Shown here one piece after another: positions 28,630 to 38,085 of a stretch of 64,000 nucleotides of DNA; the stretch's first letter is position 1, and each line of letters opens with the position of its first letter. A program made the position numbers and the translations under genes. The notes under the pieces were generated by a model. The model saw only the letters and a list, made by a program, of their open reading frames with translations, was not told the origin of the DNA and ran no database searches. This DNA is from Clostridia bacterium (GTDB lineage: Bacteria > Bacillota > Sulfobacillia > SLMV01), in assembly GCA_003551215.1 (NCBI GenBank), contig PUMD01000133.1, positions 2,494 through 66,493 of the forward strand. Reading direction: 5' to 3'.

Positions 28630-29532
28630 TCAGAACTGCAGGTCCTGGTATCTCTCCCAGCGTATTTCAATCTGAGCTTCTTCGCGGATTTCGTTGAGGA
28701 TTTCCTGGGCGTCCGGACCGTGTTCATCCTGATAGTGACGGATAACATCTTCCCTTACGTCTTCGAATTCTGGCATCTCTTGATCATGCATTTCAGTTAC
28801 CTTGATGATGTGGAAACCATGTTCGGTTTCAACTGGTTCACTTACCTCATCCAGGTCCAGCGTAAAGGCGACATCCTCAAATTCAGGCGACATCATTCCA
28901 CGCCCGAAAGCCCCCAGGTCCCCACCTTCTTCTGCCGAGGCAGTATCGATGGAGTAGCGTTTTGCCAGGTCGGCGAAGCTTTCTCCTTCGTCCAGCTCAC
29001 CTAATACTTCAAGGGCTTTCTCTTCGCTGCCCAAAAGTATATGGGAGGCTCTGACCTGTTCAGGTCTCTCGAAAAGCTCCTGATTCTCCTCATAATACTC
29101 AATGAGGTCTTCCTCGGTGTAGTCAACACGCTGCCGTCGAAGTTCATCCAGTGCCATGTTGATCATCAGGTTCGTCCTCAGACTACCCATAGTCATGCCT
29201 TGCTGCTCCAGCATCTGTTGAAGTCCGGCTTCTCCAAACTGAGCTACCAGGCCTTCGATTTCCTGGTCTACGTCCTCTTCGTCAGGAGCGGCATCGGCCC
29301 GTTCTGCAGCATCGATTACCATGGCCTGCATTATCAAGGATTGAAGTGCCTGACGACCAAATTCATCTTCCAGGTGGTCGTGGAAGTCGTCCTGTGTTAT
29401 GGTAGTGTCATTGATAACTGCCACCACATCACCGTTTCGGGGGCCCGGACGTGCGTACCACACAAAACTTGCGCCCGCCAGGGCGACAGCACAGACTATT
29501 GCCACTATCCACTTAACCGTACTCCTTCTCAT
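28630..29532 (-). CDS. prsA: Foldase PrsA-like parvulin-type peptidyl-prolyl isomerase
   Basis: N-terminal anchor, a SurA-like domain, and a PpiC domain (ASHILL...GDLGAFGRGMMSPEFEDVAF...GFHIIKV). GGGGAGGGA RBS. Confidence 0.7.
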   Translation of the reverse strand: MRRSTVKWIVAIVCAVALAGASFVWYARPGPRNGDVVAVINDTTITQDDFHDHLEDEFGRQALQSLIMQAMVIDAAERADAAPDEEDVDQEIEGLVAQFGEAGLQQMLEQQGMTMGSLRTNLMINMALDELRRQRVDYTEEDLIEYYEENQELFERPEQVRASHILLGSEEKALEVLGELDEGESFADLAKRYSIDTASAEEGGDLGAFGRGMMSPEFEDVAFTLDLDEVSEPVETEHGFHIIKVTEMHDQEMPEFEDVREDVIRHYQDEHGPDAQEILNEIREEAQIEIRWERYQDLQF

Positions 29533-29818
29533 AGAATGGTCCCTCCCCGTATTAAAACGAAAAAGGTGAAAAAGACATCACCTTTCGCTCATTGCTTTAC
29601 TGTCAACGTTTTATTTGCATCATTTAGTTTAGTATGCTGAAGGCAGGAGGGCAAGTCTAAGGGAGTGGAGTTTTGTGCCGGTGATGTAAGCTTGCTGTGA
29701 TTCTTACACGTCTGGCCAGCAGCCTGCAGACAAGGCTTTTGCTGAGTCCACGGAGAAAAGATAAATGTGGAGGTTGACAAAGCATATTTGATTTGCGGTA
29801 AGGGGCAGGTGTTCAAGC

Positions 29819-30220
29819 GTGCATTTTAACGTCGATGTTATCTATCTTTGGATGGGGGCGCTCGTTTTCATCGGATCCGGGCTGATAGGTTTGGTCCGGG
29901 GCACTTTCGAGGAGACCATTGTAGCTGCAGTTGTCGGTATTGTTATGCTGGCCGTAGGAGCAGTTGGCCCAGAAAGTCGGGAAGAGATGTCCGAGGAACA
30001 GGAGCAGCGCCTGTTTGACCAGTATAAGCTGGCTGGTTACTATTCCTTTCTTTTCGCCAGCTTTGCAGGCGGTGTGGTGCTGCTCTGGCTCGTCTGGGAT
30101 GCAAGACCACTTGCCACGGTTGCTGCCTTTGTGGCAGTGATCCAGATTCCCTATCTGGTGACCCGCATATATCTGCGCAGACACAGCCGAGATGAAATCG
30201 GAGAGGAGGAAGATGCTTAA
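29819..30220 (+). CDS. Hypothetical small membrane protein (4 predicted TM)
   Basis: Hydrophobic ORF with a GTG start 7 nt after AAGGGGCAGGTG. No family recognised. Confidence 0.35.
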   Translation: MHFNVDVIYLWMGALVFIGSGLIGLVRGTFEETIVAAVVGIVMLAVGAVGPESREEMSEEQEQRLFDQYKLAGYYSFLFASFAGGVVLLWLVWDARPLATVAAFVAVIQIPYLVTRIYLRRHSRDEIGEEEDA

Positions 30221-30287
30221 TGGCAAGCTACTAGCAAAATAAAACATAAAAGGATATAATTAACTGAACACGTAATCTGGACTGTGC

Positions 30288-30941
30288 ATGGGGCGGAAAA
30301 AAGTGAAACCACCATCGGTGCAAATACAGCATCGTGTCCTTGCCGTCTGTGTTTTGATCGGGGCCCTGGTCATGCTTATGCACATCGATCAGCACCTGCC
30401 CGATGTAACTCTTTGGCGGTCGGGCCCTTTTCGATATCCTGCGGAAGAAGTTGCGCCTTCAGATAGTACCTGTGATTCGCAGGGCGTGGCTGGTTCCAAA
30501 GTAACGGTCATCGATCCTGATGGGATTTGGGTTCATATAGAGGGGGAAATCGAATCACCCGGTGTCTACCAGGTTCCACCGGGAACCAGAATAATGGCCC
30601 TAGTGGACTTCGCAGGAGGACTGACTGCTGAGGCGGATAGCGAAGCCCTTAATCTGGCTGCAGTAGCAGTTGATGGCGACAGGATATCAGTTCCAGCGGT
30701 CGGCAGAATTGAAGATGCAGAACCATCCAGGGCAGATCCCACCACTTCCCGAATCAACATAAACACAGCCGACGGAGATAAGCTGCAGACGCTCCCGGGG
30801 GTGGGACCGGTTCTTGCTGAACGGATAGTCGATTATCGAAGGCGGCACGGGCGTTTTTACTCTGTTTCAGAACTCGTTCGAGTGAAAGGAATAGGTAAAA
30901 AGACACTAAAAACGCTTGAGCCCCTTGTTTTGGTGGACTGA
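30288..30941 (+). CDS. comEA: Competence protein ComEA (SLBB plus tandem helix-hairpin-helix DNA-binding domain)
   Basis: C-terminal NINTADGDKLQTLPGVGPVLAERIVDYRRRHGRFYSVSELVRVKGIGKKT. The start may be the internal GTG at 30303. Confidence 0.75.
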   Translation: MGRKKVKPPSVQIQHRVLAVCVLIGALVMLMHIDQHLPDVTLWRSGPFRYPAEEVAPSDSTCDSQGVAGSKVTVIDPDGIWVHIEGEIESPGVYQVPPGTRIMALVDFAGGLTAEADSEALNLAAVAVDGDRISVPAVGRIEDAEPSRADPTTSRININTADGDKLQTLPGVGPVLAERIVDYRRRHGRFYSVSELVRVKGIGKKTLKTLEPLVLVD

Positions 30942-30958
30942 TTGATGTCAAAGCCTGG

Positions 30959-32239
30959 TCAGATAAGATGCATAAGCGCTATCCCTGTTGCTGCAACCAG
31001 CAACACCACCGGCATATATATGCGGTAGACTTCGCCAAGGGATACCTCAAAGTAGCGGTTAGTCAATATCTGACACAGGTGAAGCGGTGAAATCAGATAA
31101 GCGATGAATCCAAAGCAGTAAATGAACATAACGTAGGGGAGGACAGGTTCTCCTGAGGCCTGGATCACCGGAAGGATTATGGGCAATACGACTGCCAGCG
31201 TGCTCGAATGCGAGGCCGATACGTAGCCGACTATAAAGGCCAGCCCGCCTGCCACTGCATACAGGGGAACCCCTGCCTGCAGCAGCGTGGTCATAAGGTC
31301 TCCAAATGCAGTGGTCTGATCCACGCCTGCGCGGAAGACCATAATACCTGCCATTGCTCCCACAATGTTGTAGTCTATTTTCTGCAGGATCATACCGGGT
31401 GCCGATGATGGTTTGAACCCTTGCTTTTCGAGGTTCGAAACCAGTATCACGGTCAGCAGCAGGCCGCACAGCAGGGCCAGTGCCAGATGAAGGCGAAATC
31501 CGATGGACAGCACCAGGCTGACAATTATAGGAGACGCGTATTTGCCAAAAGATGCAGCGGCAGCAGGAAGGGATTGATAGGTGGCTTCGCTTTCTGCATT
31601 TGCGGATTGCTGTGTTGTCTGCGTTGAATCATCAGCCCTGACCTCAACAAGGTTCCCCCCGCGAAGTATGAAGAAGTAGCCAGCCGCCAGCATCACTGCA
31701 GTAAGCGGCCACTGCAGCCTGATTAGATCCAACACCTCGATACCGGAGAGCCGGGCAGCCAGAATATAGGTGGGCAGGAAAGGAAAAATGAAATACCAGC
31801 TGTGACGAAACATCAGATTGGCTGCCGAACGACGTGCCGGGGGAAGACTTATATGTTCGCCGAGGGTATCGACCATAGGAGCGGAGACTATTGCTCCCCC
31901 CACCATGGGCATGCAACCGACTAACCCGGGCACAAGCATGAGGGTGATGCGGTCGCTTCTGAGTACTTGCCTCAGCGCGTTTACCATGTGTTTGAAAAAA
32001 TCGAACTCCTGCAAAAAGCCTGCGAGGGCGGTAATTGTTGCTACTATAAGGACCAAATCTATAGTGTCTTGGTCCTTGAGGGCACTCCATATGACACCGA
32101 TGATCTCTCCAACTGTTCCGCCAGCTGCAGCAAGGACGATCAAGGATGCCAAGAACATGACAAGGCCGAGGGGTTTTTTGCGGCTTATCAGCACAACGAT
32201 AATTACAAAAGCGAGGGCAATCCCTGCTATCTCCTGCAA
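30959..32239 (-). CDS. DUF401-like polytopic membrane protein (putative transporter)
   Basis: About 12 transmembrane helices with a central soluble loop. TTG start after GGAGTGA. Family call is tentative. Confidence 0.4.
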   Translation of the reverse strand: MQEIAGIALAFVIIVVLISRKKPLGLVMFLASLIVLAAAGGTVGEIIGVIWSALKDQDTIDLVLIVATITALAGFLQEFDFFKHMVNALRQVLRSDRITLMLVPGLVGCMPMVGGAIVSAPMVDTLGEHISLPPARRSAANLMFRHSWYFIFPFLPTYILAARLSGIEVLDLIRLQWPLTAVMLAAGYFFILRGGNLVEVRADDSTQTTQQSANAESEATYQSLPAAAASFGKYASPIIVSLVLSIGFRLHLALALLCGLLLTVILVSNLEKQGFKPSSAPGMILQKIDYNIVGAMAGIMVFRAGVDQTTAFGDLMTTLLQAGVPLYAVAGGLAFIVGYVSASHSSTLAVVLPIILPVIQASGEPVLPYVMFIYCFGFIAYLISPLHLCQILTNRYFEVSLGEVYRIYMPVVLLVAATGIALMHLI

Positions 32240-32265
32240 GCTATCACTCCATAAACGTCTCTATA

Positions 32266-33957
32266 TCAATCAAGCCACCAGTTAACTGTTATTCTCGCAC
32301 CAATCCAGCTGGTCACCAGACCCAGTATCGCCGCCTGGCCTATACCAACGACGAAGCACAGCGAGGCGAGCGAGACACCCCACAAGCTATGTGGAAGAAG
32401 AATATGAGGACTATCCAGTCCCCAGGCGAAGACTCCTGCTGCGACAACTGCCAACAAAGTTATCATACTGGTCAACAGAATGTGAAGGGTTCCACCGAAC
32501 AGATTCTCCAGCGAGTATTCTCCGCTTCTTGCGATCATCAAGCCCGACAGCATTCCCAGGGCAATTGCCAGCAGATAACCGTGACCCCGGAAGCTTTCAA
32601 CCCACATGGGAAAGTTAACTATGGTGTGAAAGTCACTGAAGCTGAACCGTGCACCAAGCACATACAAAAGACCGTGCGCGAGAAACAGGGTGAACGGTAT
32701 TCCCAAGAGGGCTGTCCGCAGATATTCACTACGGAGCAGAATTACCGCCCATACACCGATTATCAGCAGCATGACCAGCGGAATGAAGATGCGCTCCGAG
32801 CGGTCCTGCTTTATGTGTAGGGTTTCTGCTTCCGCCGTCGCTTTCTCGTAGCTGTTGGCCAGCTCTCTGAGGGCGACCATATCTGAAGCTTCGGGAGCGG
32901 GAATCGAGATATCTGAGCCCAAAGCTGTCAGGTAGCTAGAGTATACAGAATGCTGTGTGCTTGCAGTGGCGGATATGCTGGCAAGCTGGGCGTCATCATC
33001 AAGGTCCATTCCGCCCAGAAGCGGCAGGCCGGTGCTGTGTGACGGCAGTTCCACACCGAGCAGAGTCGCGAGGGTTGGAGCGATATCGCGGGTTTGAGCC
33101 TCTCCTGCAGACTCAGCAGCGATTCCCGCACCGGCCATCACCATAGGTACAAGGCGAGCCTCGCTTTCGGGACCTCCCCATCCTCCTCGCGGTATGCTGC
33201 CATGCGAGCCCACAACCATCAGGGCCTCTTTAGACAGGTCTACTTCATCCAGCACATCCCCCACCAGCTCGTCTAATGCAGCGAGACGCCGTGTGAAGGT
33301 GCTCTCGCGGTGAACATGAGCCCCTGCTCGGAGTGCCGTATTGGTGGCGGTGTTCAGGTTCAAAACAAACAGACCCCGGGGGGAGGCACTATACTCAGCC
33401 AGAATGGCCTTGGTGGACTCCTCGTCCGCAGCGATTCCTGGGTCCTTGTCTCGGGGGGAGAAATGATATTTAGTCCAGGTGGCGGACCTGTCAACCAGAG
33501 CCTCCCACTCGCGATTGCCTGAGAAGAAAACGGGATATCCGCCCCGATCGGCCGCATCCAAAATAGTATCGACATGAGGAGATGGCTGATGCATGCCGGT
33601 GACCGAACCATGTATTTTGGGATCAGTACCAGTCAGCAGTGTGGTCCAAACTGGGAGCTGCTGGGTGGGTACGGGGCAGGTGAGCGACCAACCCGAATAT
33701 TCCTCATGCAATCGTTCGACAGTGGGCATATAACTGAGACCGTCGTATGGAAGGGCATCTATGACTATGACCATAATCTTCTCTGCTTCGCCATGTTCCA
33801 CCCCGAAGGCGGTCAATTCGTCCAGTTGTGGTGTCTGATAATCGGTCAGCTGCTGCCACTTTGCATCTACCAGTTGGTTCCCCAGGTAAGCCATCCCCGT
33901 GACGACGATGAATAATATAACTGCCGTCGCCCAAGCCTGCACTTTCCGTCTTGTCAT
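32266..33957 (-). CDS. Alkaline-phosphatase-superfamily (type I phosphodiesterase/nucleotide pyrophosphatase-like) membrane protein
   Basis: N-terminal transmembrane segment. VIVIDALPYD and LTGTDPKIHG metal-site motifs, with GSHG further on. C-terminal roughly 5-TM domain. RBS GGGGGGTACGAG. Confidence 0.55.
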   Translation of the reverse strand: MTRRKVQAWATAVILFIVVTGMAYLGNQLVDAKWQQLTDYQTPQLDELTAFGVEHGEAEKIMVIVIDALPYDGLSYMPTVERLHEEYSGWSLTCPVPTQQLPVWTTLLTGTDPKIHGSVTGMHQPSPHVDTILDAADRGGYPVFFSGNREWEALVDRSATWTKYHFSPRDKDPGIAADEESTKAILAEYSASPRGLFVLNLNTATNTALRAGAHVHRESTFTRRLAALDELVGDVLDEVDLSKEALMVVGSHGSIPRGGWGGPESEARLVPMVMAGAGIAAESAGEAQTRDIAPTLATLLGVELPSHSTGLPLLGGMDLDDDAQLASISATASTQHSVYSSYLTALGSDISIPAPEASDMVALRELANSYEKATAEAETLHIKQDRSERIFIPLVMLLIIGVWAVILLRSEYLRTALLGIPFTLFLAHGLLYVLGARFSFSDFHTIVNFPMWVESFRGHGYLLAIALGMLSGLMIARSGEYSLENLFGGTLHILLTSMITLLAVVAAGVFAWGLDSPHILLPHSLWGVSLASLCFVVGIGQAAILGLVTSWIGARITVNWWLD

Positions 33958-34155
33958 CTCGTACCCCCCGCAATGCTTTGCTGTGGCTTATAGTTGTGTA
34001 TCAATGTTATTATAACTCTACAGTGTCCTGAAGCGAACGACCCCATCTTGAGGTTTCGGTAGATTGAGGACTGGGTCCTGCCTGAGCTGGTGAGATGTCC
34101 ATAGATATGCCGATGATTTCCGAGCAAGGGAGTTGAGAGAGGGATAAACTGCGCT

Positions 34156-36381
34156 ATGAGTCAAAGGCCTTCACAGAAGGACACAAGCATTTCTGCCCGG
34201 GTCCTGCGAGTAAGGTATGAAGCCGACGATTCTCCGTGGAAGGTGCTTGAGGTTGAGACGGATGACGGCCTGACCACTGTGGTAGGAGAGCTTCCGGAGA
34301 TAGAGGGCGGTCTGGAATATGAGTTTCAGGGTCGCTGGCAGGTGCATAGTCGTTATGGTGAGCAGTTCCGTGCGCAGAGCTGCTATCCAAGGCCTCCTGA
34401 GACTAGACGGGGAATGATAGCCTACCTGTCCAGCGGTCTCATCAAGGGGATAGGCCCCAAAACCGCCCGCAAGATAGTTGATAAGTTCGGTGGTGAGACT
34501 TTTGAGGTCATAGGGAATACCCCGGAGCGCCTGCTGGAGGTGCAGGGGATAGCAGAGGGCAAGAAAAAGCAGCTGGTGGAGTCCTTCGAGAAACATGAGA
34601 ATCTTCAGCAGGTAGTTACTCACCTCACCGGGTTGGGTTTGAGCGCAAACCTGGCCGTCCGGCTTTACGAGGAGTATGGAGACCGGACTCTGGCGGTACT
34701 GGAAACCAACCCCTATCGCCTTACCAGCGACATCTTCGGTATAGGTTTCAAAAGGGCAGATGAGATTGCCCGAGCAACCGGAGTGGATCCGCGCTCGCGT
34801 CACCGCATAGAGGCGGCCATCATTTACGTGCTCAGACGGGCGGCTCAGCGCGAAGGACACACATATCTGCCGGAGGATGAGCTGCTTGCTGAGGCACATG
34901 AGCTTCTATCGGAGCATCTGAATAAGCCGGATGCCCTCACCCGGGAAGATATACGAGGCGTAATGCTGATGGCCGAAAGCAGCGGGCAGCTGCGGATGGA
35001 ATCCGACTCTGGCGCTGTCTATCTGGCCAAGCATTACCGGTGTGAGACTTACGTGGCGCAAAAGCTGAGCCAGATCTGCCACACCGGAACAGTCACCGCC
35101 CCACCTGACGATATAATGGAGGGTGTTTTGGATCGGGTGGAACGTACGTTGAATATCCGCTACGCCTCTGAGCAGAAGGAGGCCGTACAGAACGCATTCG
35201 CCAACGGCATTATGGTCATAACCGGTGGTCCGGGTACAGGAAAGACGACAATCGTCCGGGGAATTCTCGAGGCTTCCGAGATCCTGGGAGGCGGGCTCAG
35301 AGTGCTGCTGGCTGCGCCCACCGGGCGGGCAGCGCGGAGGCTCAGTGAGGTCACTGACCATCCTGCACAAACCATTCATCGCCTGTTGGGTTACACGTAT
35401 GTAGATGGTGCCCCCAGGTTTCAACACAACGAAGATGAGCCCCTGCAGGGGGACGTGCTGATAATCGATGAGACTTCCATGGTGGACATTGAGTTGGCGT
35501 ATCATCTACTACGCGCGGTTCCGGAAACGATGAGGGTAATTTTCGTGGGTGATGCCGACCAGCTTCCCTCAGTGGGACCGGGTAACTTCCTGCGCGACCT
35601 TGTTTCATCAGAGTTTTTGCCTGTGGTCAGGCTGACTCAAATATACCGCCAGGATCAGGTCTCTGACATCGTTCTCAATGCTCACAGGATAAACCGGGGA
35701 GAGATGCCTGAGTTCTCCGCTGATGAAGCAGACAGTCATTTTGTCAAAAGGAAATCTCCTGAAGACATGTGTGAGTACGTCGTCAGTCTCTTTGACAGGA
35801 TGATGCGCAGCGGTCGTTTTGATGTAGATGAGGTTCAGGTGTTGAGTCCAATGCACCGGGGACCAGCCGGCGTAGCCAACCTCAATGCCCAGCTGCAGAA
35901 GCGGCTGAACCCGCCTTCCCGGGAAAAAAGGGAGATCAAATCAGGCAGCAGTACGTACCGCACAGGGGACAAAGTGATGTGTCTGAGGAACAACTACGAA
36001 AAGGGACAGGAAGGTATCTTCAACGGCAATCAGGGTATTGTTCTGGATGTACTTTCGTCTGATGAACCAGGTGTAGAAGAGCCTTCTTTAAAAATTGATT
36101 TCGATGGTGAGATTGTCCTGTATGGGCGCAGCGAGCTGCAGGAACTGACGCTTGCCTATGCCAGTACGGTTCACAAGGCACAGGGGAGTGAGTTTCCCTC
36201 AGTCATTATGGTGCTTTCTACCAGTCATTACATTCTTCTGCAGAGGAACCTCTTTTACACTGCAGTTACCCGGGCAGAGGATATGCTGGTGCTGGTGGGT
36301 CAGCCTAAAGCCATGTACATCGCCGTACAGAACAATGCCGTCGAGGAACGTTACTCCAGATTGGCTTCCCGCCTCAACTGA
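34156..36381 (+). CDS. recD2: RecD2-type ATP-dependent 5'-3' DNA helicase
   Basis: N-terminal OB/HhH region. Walker A ITGGPGTGKTT. Motifs IIDETSMVD, VGDADQLPSVGPG, C-terminal SH3-like, VHKAQGSEF. Confidence 0.85.
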   Translation: MSQRPSQKDTSISARVLRVRYEADDSPWKVLEVETDDGLTTVVGELPEIEGGLEYEFQGRWQVHSRYGEQFRAQSCYPRPPETRRGMIAYLSSGLIKGIGPKTARKIVDKFGGETFEVIGNTPERLLEVQGIAEGKKKQLVESFEKHENLQQVVTHLTGLGLSANLAVRLYEEYGDRTLAVLETNPYRLTSDIFGIGFKRADEIARATGVDPRSRHRIEAAIIYVLRRAAQREGHTYLPEDELLAEAHELLSEHLNKPDALTREDIRGVMLMAESSGQLRMESDSGAVYLAKHYRCETYVAQKLSQICHTGTVTAPPDDIMEGVLDRVERTLNIRYASEQKEAVQNAFANGIMVITGGPGTGKTTIVRGILEASEILGGGLRVLLAAPTGRAARRLSEVTDHPAQTIHRLLGYTYVDGAPRFQHNEDEPLQGDVLIIDETSMVDIELAYHLLRAVPETMRVIFVGDADQLPSVGPGNFLRDLVSSEFLPVVRLTQIYRQDQVSDIVLNAHRINRGEMPEFSADEADSHFVKRKSPEDMCEYVVSLFDRMMRSGRFDVDEVQVLSPMHRGPAGVANLNAQLQKRLNPPSREKREIKSGSSTYRTGDKVMCLRNNYEKGQEGIFNGNQGIVLDVLSSDEPGVEEPSLKIDFDGEIVLYGRSELQELTLAYASTVHKAQGSEFPSVIMVLSTSHYILLQRNLFYTAVTRAEDMLVLVGQPKAMYIAVQNNAVEERYSRLASRLN

Positions 36382-36430
36382 GTCAGGTTTGTCTTTTTAC
36401 CTACCGTGTGGAGCATATCTTTGAAATATT

Positions 36431-36540
36431 TGTGAATCTCATCACATACCTCTTGTTATACATATCACATACCACAGCATATGCGAGTTAATCGCATTTA
36501 ATCACATTATCAGGCCATATATCGGAAAATATGCGATTTG
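36431..36540. repeat. Array of six ATC(A/G)CAT motifs in both orientations upstream of the ThiW-like gene
   Basis: ATCACAT at 36441, 36464 and 36501. ATCGCAT at 36491. Inverted copies ATGCGAG at 36481 and ATGCGAT at 36531. Palindrome ATGCGA-gttaa-TCGCAT at 36481-36497. A hairpin CCCGCAC-gcg-GTGCGGG follows at 36542-36558. Confidence 0.35.
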
Positions 36541-36605
36541 ACCCGCACGCGGTGCGGGCTTAGAATGAGGGCGGCAATGAGGAGGCGCAAGGGAAGGGAG
36601 AAGTC

Positions 36606-37100
36606 GTGACCTCATCTCGCGGCAACACAATCTGGATAGCGCGAACCGCACTGATGTTGGCGCTTACCGTGGTGATACAGATGTTTGGATTGCCCCAGTG
36701 GTTCACGGGACCGGCGGTCAACGCCATGTTGCTTCTGGCAGCGGGACTGATCAATCCAGCCGCCGGAGTAATGGTAGGTCTGTTCACTCCGGTTATCGCG
36801 GTCTGGCGTGGGATATTGCCTCCCATGCTTACGCCTGTAGTTCCGTTCATCGCCGCGGGTAATGCAATATACGTCCTGGTCTTTGTGATGCTTGAGCGTT
36901 GGCACCCCTACATTGGAGTCGCGACGGCGGCATTTGCTAAGTTCGCGCTGCTGGCGGCGGCAGTTCGCCTGGTAGTAGAGGTTCCCGCAGCGATTGCCCA
37001 AATGATGCAGCTGCCGCAGCTGGTGACAGCGCTGGTGGGAGGAGCAGGGGCCCTGGCCATCTTGTGGCTACTGGAAGATAGAGTGGATTTGCGCGAATGA
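36606..37100 (+). CDS. Small 5-TM membrane protein, ThiW/ECF-S-component-like
   Basis: 164 aa with the five-helix pattern and length of ThiW-type S components. GTG start after GGGAAGGGAGAAG. No riboswitch in the leader. Confidence 0.35.
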   Translation: MTSSRGNTIWIARTALMLALTVVIQMFGLPQWFTGPAVNAMLLLAAGLINPAAGVMVGLFTPVIAVWRGILPPMLTPVVPFIAAGNAIYVLVFVMLERWHPYIGVATAAFAKFALLAAAVRLVVEVPAAIAQMMQLPQLVTALVGGAGALAILWLLEDRVDLRE

Positions 37101-37309
37101 TCGGTATCGGTGCTTATGCGGTCCTCCAGTCTGCTGCAAACCTGGACAATGCACGATGCGGACAGGACTATTGCAGCAAATATAAGGTTCGGCCTAGAAA
37201 TGGGGAGCCTGCAGAAGGAACGGTGGCTGATGCTTTGTGAAGCAAATCTCATGCAGGTGTTAAAGTTAGATAAGCGTTTTAAGCACTCGAAATCGGTCTT
37301 TAGTCATGC

Positions 37310-37348
37310 TTGATAAAATTATATGGTCTTCTTAGAATGTATATGGTC
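37310..37348 (+). promoter_or_regulatory. Candidate promoter of the hydrogenase structural operon, flanked by TATATGGTC direct repeats
   Basis: TTGATA (37310-15), a 17-nt spacer, then TAGAAT (37333-38). TATATGGTC at 37320-28 and 37340-48. Upstream imperfect palindrome GTGTTAAAG-N8-CGTTTTAAGCAC (37257-37286). Confidence 0.3.
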
Positions 37349-37484
37349 GTTGTTTGGTGTAAACGGTTGAGATGTATCGGTCGCCTGTTGGAGTTTGCGG
37401 CCTCTAGCATCGCGCCTTCAGCGACTCCGTATTGTCTTGTCGGCTATGATCTGAAGTTTCGATTTGGAAAGGGGTGCAAAGGTA

Positions 37485-38075
37485 GTGGACAAACAAGGCT
37501 TCGGAGGCCCCAGTGAAGATGGCGAAAGAACCGCTTGGTACGAGCGGCAGATCGACTGGGATGCCGTCGGGGATCGCCAGGAAAGTGCTGATTACGAAGA
37601 GGATATAGACTGGGATGCCGTCGAGGAGAAGGTGGACGAGATAATCAATGAATACGACGGAGATTCCGGCGCCCTGATCGAAGTGCTGCACGAAGTTCAG
37701 GAGCTGGTCGGGTATCTGCCGCAAAGGGTGCAGGTGCGGGTGGCTGACCGTCTCGGTCTATCGGTGAGTGAAGTCTACAGTGTGGTCACCTTTTACTCAC
37801 TGTTTTCTCTGAAACCCAAGGGCGAAAACCACATAACGGTATGCAAGGGTACCGCCTGTTACGTTCGCGGTGCAGCCCAGTTAATTGAAGAACTGGAAAA
37901 TCAACTGGGTATCTCTGTGGGCGATACCACAAGCGATGGAAAGTTTTCCCTGGAAGTGGTGAGGTGTCTGGGGGCGTGCGGGCTTGGTCCGGTAGCGATG
38001 GTTAACAACGAGGATGTTTTCGCGCGAATAACCGTCGATCAGGTTTCCGATATGCTGCAGCAGTACGAGGACTAG
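37485..38075 (+). CDS. hydC: NuoE-like [2Fe-2S] subunit of a multimeric [FeFe] hydrogenase (HydC/HndA-like), with an acidic N-terminal extension
   Basis: Thioredoxin-like 2Fe-2S motifs CKGTACYVRG...CLGACGLGP. N-terminus carries a duplicated IDWDAV segment. Start uncertain (GTG 37485 or TTG 37464). Confidence 0.7.
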   Translation: MDKQGFGGPSEDGERTAWYERQIDWDAVGDRQESADYEEDIDWDAVEEKVDEIINEYDGDSGALIEVLHEVQELVGYLPQRVQVRVADRLGLSVSEVYSVVTFYSLFSLKPKGENHITVCKGTACYVRGAAQLIEELENQLGISVGDTTSDGKFSLEVVRCLGACGLGPVAMVNNEDVFARITVDQVSDMLQQYED

Positions 38076-38085
38076 GCGGGCAATT

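Noticed and set aside
36382-36605. Possible TPP or preQ1 riboswitch upstream of the ThiW/ECF-S-like gene
   Set aside because: No CUGAGA/pyrimidine-sensing helix or preQ1-I consensus could be found. The region is instead dominated by the DNA-level ATCRCAT repeats.
37231-37250. Rex operator upstream of the hydrogenase operon
   Set aside because: Only a TTGTGAA half-site is present. The partner TTCACAA is missing, so a Rex box cannot be claimed.
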